Origin: a virus | Lineage: Duplodnaviria > Caudoviricetes | Virus record (IMG/VR): IMGVR_UViG_3300047160_024814 | Coordinates: 1 to 64,000 of that record | Strand: one strand, 5' to 3' | DNA: 64,000 nucleotides | Shown: positions 1 through 9,188 of the stretch, piece after piece | Layout of the letters: each line of letters starts with the position of its first letter | How positions within the stretch are numbered: position 1 is the stretch's first letter | Translations under genes and position numbers: made by a program | Notes under the pieces: generated by a model | Databases searched by the model: none | What the model was told of the DNA's origin: nothing | The model's input: the letters and a program-made list of their open reading frames with translations, nothing else

Positions 1-149
1 TCGGGGAGGAAAGCCGGGCTGGTCTGGGTGCAATTGGTTGGGTCACTCATGGTTGCATTCCTTGCGGTTGGAGTTGGTAGGCACGGCTTAGCGGGAGCAG
101 GAGACAGGCTTGTTCTGGATGACAGGATTGCGATGGCCTCCCGCCCACG

Positions 150-791
150 CTAATCGGAGTCACATGCTGGCAATTCCGGGCTGTACAAATAGTCCCAGCC
201 CGGCCGGCGTCGGCGCGCAAAGAATTCCACCTTCGGGGTCGCCGGCCATAAGTTCTCGATCATGAAATGGAAATTGTCAGGCTTGGCCGAATGCGCTGGC
301 GATGCGGCATGCAGCCAGCTAGAGGACTGGGTCCCAGGTGCAGGAGCCACGGGATTGCCTCGCGTGGCCAACATCAGAACTTCATGCTGGTTGCGGTTCC
401 AGTAACCAGTGCCCATGCGCGGCTTGGTCCAGACGAATTCGGTCTTGTAGGTGAAACCCCACGCCGTCACCACCGAAAACGAGGCCTCCAGCATCGGTGC
501 CGTGCGCCACAGGAACAGCACCGCGTCAGACGCCGCATAGACTTTCAGCCGGCAGATGTCCGCCAGCCGCATGGTCGGATAGTGATTGTCCGCTGACCGG
601 TCCATCCCGGTCTCCCGAGAGTAAGGTTCGAACCGCCAGGGTGGATCAGCCAGGATGATGCCGTATCTGGGCTGATCAGGAGTTGTTGCGTGAGCGGATC
701 TAATATGCTCGGCGAGCTGCCGCTCACGCTCATTGCGGGCGTTGCGTTTAACCAGGGTCCGGTCGGCGGAGGTCACCATGACGTCAGCCAT
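150..791 (-). CDS. MT-A70 family adenine methyltransferase
   Basis: ILADPPW catalytic motif, HYPTM, VLFLW, WGFTYKTEFVWTK, HSAKPD. Start trimmed to MADVMV (ATG at 791). Confidence 0.85.
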   Translation of the reverse strand: MADVMVTSADRTLVKRNARNERERQLAEHIRSAHATTPDQPRYGIILADPPWRFEPYSRETGMDRSADNHYPTMRLADICRLKVYAASDAVLFLWRTAPMLEASFSVVTAWGFTYKTEFVWTKPRMGTGYWNRNQHEVLMLATRGNPVAPAPGTQSSSWLHAASPAHSAKPDNFHFMIENLWPATPKVEFFARRRRPGWDYLYSPELPACDSD

Positions 792-1177
792 CTGTCGCCG
801 GGGTCGATGGTGATGATGCGGCCCTGCCGGGTGACGATCGAGGTGGACGGCGGCGGCTTGCGGTTCGGCGGGATGATCTCGCCATGCAGCGTGGCAGATG
901 AGGGTGCGGGCCACGGGTTGTCATTCAGGGGCCGCGGGTCACCATCCAGGGGCCAGTAATGCGGCGGTCGTATCTGGGTCACCACGGCGCGCGGGCGGGT
1001 CAGATAGCTGAACAGCCAGCTCGCCAGGATGAACAAGCCGATGATCAAAGTTAGCGGCCACAAGGCGATGCTGATAACCAGCAGAACAGCAGCCCCGATG
1101 ACACAAGCGTAGATGCCCAGATAGTTGAAGTACTGGTCCAGGGTCAGCGCGACCACGAAGCGCGGAGGAAGAAACAT
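773..1177 (-). CDS. hypothetical membrane protein
   Basis: 134-aa ORF with two hydrophobic helices and a Pro-rich tail. Confidence 0.55.
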   Translation of the reverse strand: MFLPPRFVVALTLDQYFNYLGIYACVIGAAVLLVISIALWPLTLIIGLFILASWLFSYLTRPRAVVTQIRPPHYWPLDGDPRPLNDNPWPAPSSATLHGEIIPPNRKPPPSTSIVTRQGRIITIDPGDRWLTSW

Positions 1178-1188
1178 CAGAGTATCTT

Positions 1189-1338
1189 TCAGCGGAAGTT
1201 GCGAGCAGCGGCGAGGTAATGACCAGCATCAGTCTGCGCCGGGTGGGGCGCCAGATAAGACGGCTGGGCAGGCACGAACATGACCACAGCCAGCGAGGTC
1301 AACGAAAGCAGGATGGTGAGGATAATCGCGGTTTTCAT
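1189..1338 (-). CDS. small hypothetical secreted or membrane peptide (49 aa)
   Basis: Read by hand: MKTAIILTILLSLTSLAVVMFVPAQP..., directly downstream of a TTGACA promoter. Confidence 0.4.
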   Translation of the reverse strand: MKTAIILTILLSLTSLAVVMFVPAQPSYLAPHPAQTDAGHYLAAARNFR

Positions 1339-1366
1339 TGATCGGACTCCGGGTTGCGAGGGGGTC

Positions 1367-1396
1367 AGAATAGCGGAGGTGAGGGGCGGCTGTCAA
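1367..1396 (-). promoter_or_regulatory. sigma70-type promoter
   Basis: TTGACA-N18-TATTCT on the minus strand. Confidence 0.6.
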
Positions 1397-1521
1397 GTAG
1401 TGTTTTTTCATATGGATAATCAGAATCAAAAAATTTTTGGAAATCAGAAAAATCGGGGCTGAAGGCGTCTCGGGATTGAGATTGCTGAGACGGTGTAGAT
1501 ACATATGTGGATGGATTAAAT

Positions 1522-1568
1522 GATGCAAAGGTGAAAAGATGCAAAGGTGAAAAGATGCTAAGGAAAAA
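1522..1568. repeat. 16-bp tandem repeat GATGCAAAGGTGAAAA (2 exact copies, 1 degenerate)
   Basis: Copies at 1522, 1538 and 1554; related GATGCAAAGG at 1932. Confidence 0.7.
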
Positions 1569-2159
1569 GTTCAGAAATTTGTAGCAGGGGTCTGACCCGT
1601 GCTGCCGGCCCCGGCGCCGGTTTTTCCCCATCTCCCCGGCCGTCCTACCGGTGCGGCTGGCTCCAAATGCCCAATGCGGCTGGCTCCAAAGCCCAAGGCA
1701 TGCGACACCAGCACGTCATCGATCGATGCATCTGCCCTCAGAGCGTCCTACAGCCTCGTACAGCCTGCAGCATGGCAGCCATGGCACTCGGACACTGACC
1801 AGTACCAAGCCTGATACGTAGGCATCCTGGCGCCATGGTGACCCTGTATCTCAACTCAAGTCTGCTCCATTGAGAACGCAATCGAGCAACCATGTGTTAG
1901 TGCCTCAGCTAACACGTTGCATAAGGGGAAAGATGCAAAGGGGAATGGCAGAAAAGATGCATAGATGCTCGTGCGAGTGCTGGCATGAATTTATGACGGA
2001 ATGGCAACTATATCACGGGCCGTTAGAATATCGGTGAAAAACCGAAACGCATTAAATTATACGGTTTTAAGAGAATGTTGGTTGACAGATTCAAGGCAAA
2101 AGCCCCATGTTTGGGGCGAGGGAAAAACCACCTCGCAACCAAACAAAGGACTTCCACAA

Positions 2160-3248
2160 ATGTCTCACGAACTTACAATCCGGCAGAATGGCACCGTCGA
2201 GATGGCCTATACGGGTCAAGTCGGATGGCATGGCCTAGGCAACGAATTGCAGGCTGGCGCATCCATCGAAGAATGGATTTCGGCCGCTGGTATGGACTGG
2301 CGAATCAAGCGGGCACGCGTGCAATACGCCACCGCGCACAATCAAGATACCTCTGAATATATCGCATTTGACGGCCGAGTCGTGCTGTTCCGCGATGATA
2401 CCAAGGCGGGACTCGGTATTGTGTCCAATGATTACAAGGTTGTTCAGCCGCGCGAAGTGCTGGAATTCTTCCGCGACTTGACCGAGTCGGCTGGCATGAC
2501 TCTTGAAACAGCGGGTACGCTATTCGGTGGAAAGCGTTTTTGGGCCATGGCCGCTATTGGCGACTCTGAAGCGATTGGCGATCCGCGCGACAAGGTAAAA
2601 CCCTATCTCCTGCTTTCAACTGCCTGTGACGGCAGCATGGCGACCGAAGGCCGATATACCTCTATTCGCGTGGTCTGCAACAATACGCTAGGCTTTGCCA
2701 GATCAGCAGGTAAGGAGTCCGTCAAGGTCACCCACCGCACCAAGTTCGACGCTGGCGAGGTCAAGAAAGAGCTAGGACTCGATAAAGCGCACAACGAATT
2801 CCAAAAGGCTATGACGGAATTCCGCGCACTAGCAGCGACTCCCCTAGAGCGTAAACAGATGGTTGGCCTGACAGTTGGGCTGCTACATCCCAAATTTCAC
2901 GAGTATGACGAAAAGAAGCAGGACAAAGTCCTGCGTTCACAGGCTGTTACCAATGTCAACGAATTGGCGTTTGGCAAGGCTATCGGCTCTGGCATGGCTG
3001 GCACCGATCGGACCGCATGGCAATGGCTTAACGCAGTGACCGAATATGTTGACCACCATAAAAGGTCAGATAGTGTTGATAATCGCGTGGCCAATGCATG
3101 GTTTGGGCAGGGCGAACAAGTCAAGGAACGGGCTCTAGAGCTTGCTCTTGCTACCGTCAACGGACCGACTCAGTACGTCAATCAAGCATCGCACGATGCC
3201 ACGTCAAGCCTGCTAGACGCCGTTCTAGCTGCTACTCCACAAATCTAA
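2160..3248 (+). CDS. DUF932/DUF945 family phage protein
   Basis: MAYTGQVGWHGLG, YKVVQPREVLEFF, ETAGTLFGGKRFW, SIRVVCNNTL, TAWQWLNAVTEYVDH. Start at MSHEL (2160). Confidence 0.85.
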   Translation: MSHELTIRQNGTVEMAYTGQVGWHGLGNELQAGASIEEWISAAGMDWRIKRARVQYATAHNQDTSEYIAFDGRVVLFRDDTKAGLGIVSNDYKVVQPREVLEFFRDLTESAGMTLETAGTLFGGKRFWAMAAIGDSEAIGDPRDKVKPYLLLSTACDGSMATEGRYTSIRVVCNNTLGFARSAGKESVKVTHRTKFDAGEVKKELGLDKAHNEFQKAMTEFRALAATPLERKQMVGLTVGLLHPKFHEYDEKKQDKVLRSQAVTNVNELAFGKAIGSGMAGTDRTAWQWLNAVTEYVDHHKRSDSVDNRVANAWFGQGEQVKERALELALATVNGPTQYVNQASHDATSSLLDAVLAATPQI

Positions 3249-3296
3249 GGCAGACATCGGGCAGCATCATCGCATGCTGCCCTAGCCTGCCCTAGA
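3242..3296 (+). repeat. 55-bp direct repeat copy 1, with hairpin GGGCAGCAT-catcgc-ATGCTGCCC
   Basis: Identical to 3587-3641; overlaps the stop codon of the upstream gene. Confidence 0.9.
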
Positions 3297-3324
3297 TCAC
3301 AAAAACCGCAACCAACAAGGAATC

Positions 3325-3588
3325 ATGCTCATGGCACCGTCAACACGCTCAACATACTACCTCGCGACTCAGGTACAGGAGTCTCGCGACACTGCCCGCG
3401 TCATGCACTCGGTGGCTTATGAACTAGCACGCGACAAGATTCTGCCTTTCGCCACTAGCAAGAAACTGTCCGCTATCCTTCGCGAGTTGGCGTCAATCCA
3501 GAACGATATTGAGGTGGCCAATACCCTTGAGGAGAAACAAGCACGTCGTGCCAAGCGTGAGGCACAAGAATGGTGGCAGACTCACTAA
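3325..3588 (+). CDS. hypothetical protein
   Basis: 87-aa ORF with AAGGA SD, lying between the two 55-bp repeats. Confidence 0.65.
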   Translation: MLMAPSTRSTYYLATQVQESRDTARVMHSVAYELARDKILPFATSKKLSAILRELASIQNDIEVANTLEEKQARRAKREAQEWWQTH

Positions 3589-3641
3589 TCTAAGGCAGAC
3601 ATCGGGCAGCATCATCGCATGCTGCCCTAGCCTGCCCTAGA
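3587..3641 (+). repeat. 55-bp direct repeat copy 2
   Basis: Identical to 3242-3296. Confidence 0.9.
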
Positions 3642-4231
3642 CTGCAAGAAACCCACAACTAATCATGAGGCAACCATGACTAAAATGATCCTGACACGAT
3701 CTTACGAACCTGCTTTTCCGCCCGAGTGGGAAGGATTGGATTATGCGAGTGCCGATGACGCGACACCTCGCTGGTATGGCGTCAGCTCTGGCAATGGCAA
3801 TGACGGCGTACCACTATGTAGAAGAACAGAACGGCGACCTAGTCGATGTCATTCCATTCCGCTCCGACTCGTGCCATCGATCCTACTGCCACGAAAACAG
3901 CCTGCACTATGGTGGCTGGAATGGTTGCCAGGAAGGCAGCGACTATCCAGCATGGTGCGCCAATTATGGCACGTTTGCGGGAGGTACGACGTAATGCGAC
4001 TGCCAACTGCACAATGTCCGCGTCGGCCGATTTCTGTGCGACAATGGCGAAAAATGTGAACATGGGAATTGGATTCAACTGCCCACGTCACACTTGGAAT
4101 CCATCTAACCTATCCCGTAGCGCCGCTAGGATCATTCCTCGCGGCGTCTTGGCATAGGCTAGGAGCGCCCACCATTCGGCGCCCTAACTTCTATCCACCA
4201 CCATTTTCACATAATCATGAGAAAATACTAC

Positions 4232-4261
4232 TTGACAACACCCAGCTTTCCGCTCTATTGT
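4232..4261 (+). promoter_or_regulatory. sigma70-type promoter
   Basis: TTGACA-N18-TATTGT. Confidence 0.7.
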
Positions 4262-4293
4262 CCCAGTCAACCAAGCAACTCTGACTACAAAGG

Positions 4294-4599
4294 ATGCTCA
4301 GACGAATGTCGATCCTGACAGAAATCGCGCCGATCAACCTGGATTGCTACACCACGGACCCCGAGGAGTTATGGAGTCTTTGGCAAGCCATCCACTTTCA
4401 TCCACGCAAACACGCTGCCGTACTATTCCCAAACCACAAGCCCTTGCCCGTCAAGGTGACCCAACAACTCGGTGCCTATGCGAGCAATAAAGCCACCGCA
4501 ATGCGTTGCCGCCTAAAAGGCGACATGCTCGGCGCCGATATTTATGAAATCATTTGTGACCAAATTTATATGCGATTGCCAAAATCCGTTCGCTGGTAG
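4294..4599 (+). CDS. hypothetical protein
   Basis: First ORF after the promoter at 4232. Confidence 0.6.
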   Translation: MLRRMSILTEIAPINLDCYTTDPEELWSLWQAIHFHPRKHAAVLFPNHKPLPVKVTQQLGAYASNKATAMRCRLKGDMLGADIYEIICDQIYMRLPKSVRW

Positions 4600-4696
4600 G
4601 AGAGACAATTTCCCTCCAGATTCAACCGCTCCAAATCGACCCATGCCGATTCTCAAAACTGCTCCCGCTCCCAACTCACGAAGGATAACCGCTCCC

Positions 4697-4921
4697 ATGC
4701 CAAAGTTCCAAGCTTATGCCCACGTATGGACAGCGGAGTACTGCTACTGGAATCCGGTAGGCACGAAGCAAAACACGCGAGCACTCGCAATCGAACAGAC
4801 ATACGTGGTCGCAGATAAATTCTGGCCAGCCGATACCAACCGCTCCCGACGTGCAACTTTTCTCGGGCGTTGCGTTGTCATCGAGCTAGGCGCCGAGTCG
4901 CTACCTCCCGCAAACCGCTAA
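4697..4921 (+). CDS. hypothetical protein
   Basis: Start chosen at AAGGA..GCTCCC-ATG; ends in LGAESLPPANR. Confidence 0.5.
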   Translation: MPKFQAYAHVWTAEYCYWNPVGTKQNTRALAIEQTYVVADKFWPADTNRSRRATFLGRCVVIELGAESLPPANR

Positions 4922-4936
4922 AGGATCGCTCCCATG
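4886..4936 (+). repeat. 51-bp gene-junction direct repeat copy 1
   Basis: CTAGGCGCCGAGTCGCTACCTCCCGCAAACCGCTAAAGGATCGCTCCCATG, identical to 5207-5257. Confidence 0.9.
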
Positions 4937-5242
4937 CAAACCGCCGCTACTTCACTCGAATCCTTTCTAGCAACCAAATCACCGATGCACGCCGCAAAAG
5001 CTAATGCCGCATTGATAAAACACACTCGCGTCAACGGCCGCGAGATTATGCAGCGCCACCAGCTCATAGAAACCCACATGGCCCAAGGCTATCGAACCCG
5101 ACTTCGGCCTAATGGCGAACGTGTATTTTTGTCCCCTGATGGCAGTTGGTTTGATGCGCAAGCCATTACTACCACCGCGCTTGATTACGCCAGCTTCTTA
5201 GAGACACTAGGCGCCGAGTCGCTACCTCCCGCAAACCGCTAA
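4934..5242 (+). CDS. hypothetical protein
   Basis: 102-aa ORF; both its start and its end lie in the 51-bp repeats. Confidence 0.65.
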   Translation: MQTAATSLESFLATKSPMHAAKANAALIKHTRVNGREIMQRHQLIETHMAQGYRTRLRPNGERVFLSPDGSWFDAQAITTTALDYASFLETLGAESLPPANR

Positions 5243-5257
5243 AGGATCGCTCCCATG
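5207..5257 (+). repeat. 51-bp gene-junction direct repeat copy 2
   Basis: Identical to 4886-4936. Confidence 0.9.
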
Positions 5258-5947
5258 TCCGACAACACCATTGACACTTTCGAAGTCAAAAACCTCACAG
5301 TTCATATTGAACTTGATACAGACCCTATGAGTCCACTCGAATGGGACAACATAGGCAAAATGGTTTGCTGGCACCGCCGCTACAACCTTGGCCATGAACA
5401 GCCCTTGGCAAACCCTGACGAATATGTTCTCGATCAACTAGACGAATCCATTCGCGCCCGCTTAGAGCGCTGGCATGAGAAAGAATCAGATCGAATTTTC
5501 AATACGTACAAACCATATGGTTCTAGTGAGCATCTAACGGCGGAGCGTAACTTTGAATCCGATTACCGCGCTAAGATTTGGGCTGAATTCGCTAAAATCG
5601 CTGTTACCCTTCCGCTTTATCTTTATGATCACAGCGGCATCACTATGCGCTGTTCCCCATTCTCCTGCCCTTGGGATAGCGGACAAGTCGGGTTTATCTT
5701 TATCACAAATGAAAAGATCCGCTCCGAATATTCATGCAAACGCATAACTTCCAAGATTCGGCAACGTGTCCAACAAGCATTGATTGCCGAAGTCTCAACA
5801 TATGATGATTACCTCACAGGATCGGTGTACGGCTTCATCGTCAAAAATGAAGACGGGGATGAACTTGACTCATGCTGGGGCTTCTATGGACTCGATTATT
5901 GCAAGCAGGAAGCCCACGAAAGCGCGGAACATCACGCTAAAGCCTAA
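5255..5947 (+). CDS. phage hypothetical protein
   Basis: 230 aa; motifs YLYDHSGITM, WDSGQVGFI, YLTGSVYGF, DSCWGFYG resemble a phage family of unknown function. Confidence 0.75.
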   Translation: MSDNTIDTFEVKNLTVHIELDTDPMSPLEWDNIGKMVCWHRRYNLGHEQPLANPDEYVLDQLDESIRARLERWHEKESDRIFNTYKPYGSSEHLTAERNFESDYRAKIWAEFAKIAVTLPLYLYDHSGITMRCSPFSCPWDSGQVGFIFITNEKIRSEYSCKRITSKIRQRVQQALIAEVSTYDDYLTGSVYGFIVKNEDGDELDSCWGFYGLDYCKQEAHESAEHHAKA

Positions 5948-5956
5948 AAACACCAC

Positions 5957-5986
5957 TTGACAAACCGCTCCCATTTGCTCTATTGT
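5957..5986 (+). promoter_or_regulatory. sigma70-type promoter
   Basis: TTGACA-N18-TATTGT. Confidence 0.7.
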
Positions 5987-6024
5987 CCCTGACAACAAAG
6001 CAACCAAACGAAAGCCCCTTCACA

Positions 6025-6249
6025 ATGGCCACATGGCAGGACAAAGCCCACGTACTAATCACCAAATATTCCATCGCAAGCTACCGCCAAGCCAACATCC
6101 TGCCCAATGGCAAGCGCCGCAAACACCACGTTTCTTACAGCATACCGCTCATTGCTCGATCGCTTGTTACCGCTCTTGATCACAACGATGAACACGAAGC
6201 TAAGCGACTGTTTCTGATTGAAGCAACCGGCGCTTGGTCTTTAACCTGA
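6025..6249 (+). CDS. hypothetical protein
   Basis: ATG at 6025 after GAAAG, downstream of the promoter at 5957. Confidence 0.55.
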   Translation: MATWQDKAHVLITKYSIASYRQANILPNGKRRKHHVSYSIPLIARSLVTALDHNDEHEAKRLFLIEATGAWSLT

Positions 6250-6272
6250 CAACCACGAAAGCAACCCACACA

Positions 6273-6590
6273 ATGACAACCTACAGCAACCCCCGCCTAC
6301 ATGCTGTCATCCCTAACTGGCCCTCGGGCGCCAAGCGCGTCACAGCCACATTCTTCATTGAACAGACCAGCAAGGGCGAACGCGGCATGCGCACGACAAC
6401 CGGCACCGCAAAGAAACTTACTTACGCGCGCAAAGCCCGCATCGTCGATGGCGACGACGGCCGTACCTACATCGCGGAGCTGACTATCTATGGCGCTGTC
6501 AGCATCATGCGCAGCGACATGAAAATCCAGCACGAAGTCATCCATGCGAACGATCCGCGCCACGCCAAGCTGATGGAGTTGTTCTCGTGA
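6273..6590 (+). CDS. hypothetical protein
   Basis: ATG preceded by the AACCACGAAAGCAA motif. Confidence 0.6.
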   Translation: MTTYSNPRLHAVIPNWPSGAKRVTATFFIEQTSKGERGMRTTTGTAKKLTYARKARIVDGDDGRTYIAELTIYGAVSIMRSDMKIQHEVIHANDPRHAKLMELFS

Positions 6591-6805
6591 ACGCTATTAC
6601 CGTCTGGCAAACCTCCATTCGTGATATTCGCAACCGGGCAACCACCGCCCGTGATGCCGTTTATAACGAATGGCTATCGTCCAACATGTTATGCGACGAA
6701 CGTGATCGCCGCATGGCCTTCGTCAGTGCCATCGAGGACAACGAAGTGAAAGATCTTCAGGATCTCTACCGCGCCATGCGCGCGTCAGAAGACCCAACCA
6801 CCTGA
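6587..6805 (+). CDS. hypothetical protein
   Basis: GTGA start/stop overlap with the upstream gene. Confidence 0.55.
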   Translation: MNAITVWQTSIRDIRNRATTARDAVYNEWLSSNMLCDERDRRMAFVSAIEDNEVKDLQDLYRAMRASEDPTT

Positions 6806-6850
6806 ATGATCCCATAAAATAAACCCCCAACCACGAAAGCAATCCTCCCA

Positions 6851-7537
6851 ATGACAACCCTCAGAGAAGAATTCGCGGCCGTTTCCGCGCCCTTCCTTGC
6901 GGAGCGTAACACATACGCTCGCCTGTTCAGTGAACAGACCGGACTGACTTGGACTGTTCTAGGCGAGACAACTGACTCAATGAACTACCCCGCCGTACAA
7001 TTCACCCTGCAATGCAAAGCTAACGACATCCGTTTATCCATCGACGCCGATCGCCACATCAAGCGAGTCTCATGCACGCCATGCGCTTTCAACGTGCCCG
7101 ATGGCACGGAACACGAGCGGCGCATACCCTACCGCGACATGATCAGCTACCAGCAGCGTACCAACGACAAACGCCTGGAAGCCGGTGTATCGCTCGATCG
7201 CTTCATAACTGCTCAAGCTGCCGTGGCGAAACGATTCATCCGCGACGTATACAGTCCGCTCATGGCCTACTATCCGCAAATAGAAAAATACATCGAACAC
7301 AACACACTATCATACGCCCGACGCGATGCCGTTGCCGCCGAACTATGCAAGCGCTTCAACGGCACGCAACGCCCGAACGGCAGCAATGTGTACCTGCATT
7401 TCCCGCATTCCAAGCTCATGGATCTAACCGTGGAACCCAGCGGATCAATCCGCTTCCACTACACGCCAACACTCACGGTCGCAGATGTCGAAGCGCTGTT
7501 CACGACCCGGCTGAAGTCTTCGAAGACACAGGAGTAA
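6851..7537 (+). CDS. hypothetical protein
   Basis: 228-aa ORF preceded by the AACCACGAAAGCAA motif. Confidence 0.65.
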   Translation: MTTLREEFAAVSAPFLAERNTYARLFSEQTGLTWTVLGETTDSMNYPAVQFTLQCKANDIRLSIDADRHIKRVSCTPCAFNVPDGTEHERRIPYRDMISYQQRTNDKRLEAGVSLDRFITAQAAVAKRFIRDVYSPLMAYYPQIEKYIEHNTLSYARRDAVAAELCKRFNGTQRPNGSNVYLHFPHSKLMDLTVEPSGSIRFHYTPTLTVADVEALFTTRLKSSKTQE

Positions 7538-7704
7538 ACCATGGGGGTGAGCCTCAGAGTGTGACCATCCCCTGCCTAATTTAGTCCGTAACCCGTTCTC
7601 CCTCCGTATCCCTATCATCCCACTACTGACTCGCTCCTGACAGAAATCAGAACAGAATAAAAACAATTCACCAACACGCAACCAAACAGGTAACCATATA
7701 CCAC

Positions 7705-8484
7705 ATGCCCAAGCTCGCACCCAAGCTCACCACCAAACCCGCGCCCGAACCACGCCCGCCCCGAATCCCTCCCGATTCATCCCCACACCCGGATACCACA
7801 CGATTCCCGGCCCCTGGAGCCTGCCCTACGGCCGCGCTCTATCTCCGGGTGTCAACGGACGACCAGACCACCGAGAACCAGCAGGCCGCACTCCTGCGGG
7901 CGGCTGACGCCCGCTCCTGGCAGATCGTCCAGGTCTTCACCGACCAAGCCACGTCGGGCGCCAAGCCGCACCACAAGCGTCCTGGCCTGTCAGCGGCGCT
8001 CACTGCTGCCACCCGCCGCGAATACCAGATCCTCGCCGTATGGGACCTCTCACGTCTCGGCCGCTCGCTCACCGACCTGATCGACTTCACGACCAAGCTG
8101 CACGCAACCGGCACCGACCTGTTCGTGCTTAACCAGCAAATCGACACGACAACTCCGGCGGGTCGGCTGACATTTCACATCTTCGGCGCGTTTGCCGAAT
8201 TCGAGCGCGACATGATCATCACCCGAACCCGCGCTGCACGCGACCGCGCCCGTCAAGCCAATCCCTACGCGTCGCCTGATGACCTGCACGGCGCAGGCAA
8301 GCCGCTCGGTGGCAAGGCGCCGGTACCGCTTCACGTCGAAACCCATGCATTACAAATGCTCATACGAAGCCAGCAACTCGGCCGCTCCGATCCTGACTAC
8401 CGATCGCACCGCGACATCGCGGCGGAGCTTGGTATCGCGCCCAGCACCGTGCATCGCATCGGTCAATCTCATACGATTACATGA
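7705..8484 (+). CDS. small serine recombinase (resolvase/invertase family) with C-terminal HTH
   Basis: LYLRVSTDDQ with catalytic Ser, RPGL, DLSRLGRS, IDTTTPAGRL, FAEFERDMIITRT, and a C-terminal SHRDIAAELGIAPSTVHRI HTH. Confidence 0.9.
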   Translation: MPKLAPKLTTKPAPEPRPPRIPPDSSPHPDTTRFPAPGACPTAALYLRVSTDDQTTENQQAALLRAADARSWQIVQVFTDQATSGAKPHHKRPGLSAALTAATRREYQILAVWDLSRLGRSLTDLIDFTTKLHATGTDLFVLNQQIDTTTPAGRLTFHIFGAFAEFERDMIITRTRAARDRARQANPYASPDDLHGAGKPLGGKAPVPLHVETHALQMLIRSQQLGRSDPDYRSHRDIAAELGIAPSTVHRIGQSHTIT

Positions 8485-8493
8485 AAACACTGC

Positions 8494-8523
8494 TTGACAA
8501 ACTGCTGCCGCTTGTTCTATTGT
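8494..8523 (+). promoter_or_regulatory. sigma70-type promoter
   Basis: TTGACA-N18-TATTGT. Confidence 0.7.
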
Positions 8524-8579
8524 CACTGGCAACGAAGCAAATAACCACACCTCTCAACAACTAAAAGGAACCTGCTCCC

Positions 8580-9188
8580 ATGTCGCACCTAGTTGTCGGT
8601 AAATTTCCCAACGGCCGCATCGCTTTTCAGTCGCGAAACCTTCGTGGCCTAATCAACTACGCGCGCAAATACGGTATCACCAAAGTAGAGTTGGGCGATA
8701 GTACCGATCGTCGCGGCCTGTACCACGCTGAATTCGGCAATGGCGTGATCTGTGAAAGCGACTTCGCTGATCCTAGCATCATGCTGGGCTTTTTCCTTGG
8801 ACGCCGCACAGTCGCAATGATCGAGTGTGATCGCCACGTATTTAACCAAGGTTCCGCAATGGGCAGGATCAATATTCCTTTTCTATCACCAATCGGGCGT
8901 GATGTGGCACCATGCGATTCGGACCATGGCTCGCAACCGCTTATCGTGACGCAACCGAACACCTCCCTCACAGTCCCCTCAAACCACGAAAGCAATACAC
9001 CCATGCCCGATATGGCTCTCTCCCTCGAAAACGGCAAACACTTGTCCATCATCCACAGCAACCGCCCCGACATCGTGTTACTCGGCTTTGTTGGCCCACG
9101 TGGCGCTGTATCAGGCACCGTCGAGCTGACCAAAGCCGAAGCGCTCCAGGCCGCAGACTTACTCAAGCAAGAGGCTGATCGCACATGA
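8580..9188 (+). CDS. hypothetical protein, possibly with an internal start at 9003
   Basis: AAGGA..GCTCCC-ATG start; an in-frame AACCACGAAAGCAA motif precedes the ATG at 9003. Confidence 0.55.
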   Translation: MSHLVVGKFPNGRIAFQSRNLRGLINYARKYGITKVELGDSTDRRGLYHAEFGNGVICESDFADPSIMLGFFLGRRTVAMIECDRHVFNQGSAMGRINIPFLSPIGRDVAPCDSDHGSQPLIVTQPNTSLTVPSNHESNTPMPDMALSLENGKHLSIIHSNRPDIVLLGFVGPRGAVSGTVELTKAEALQAADLLKQEADRT

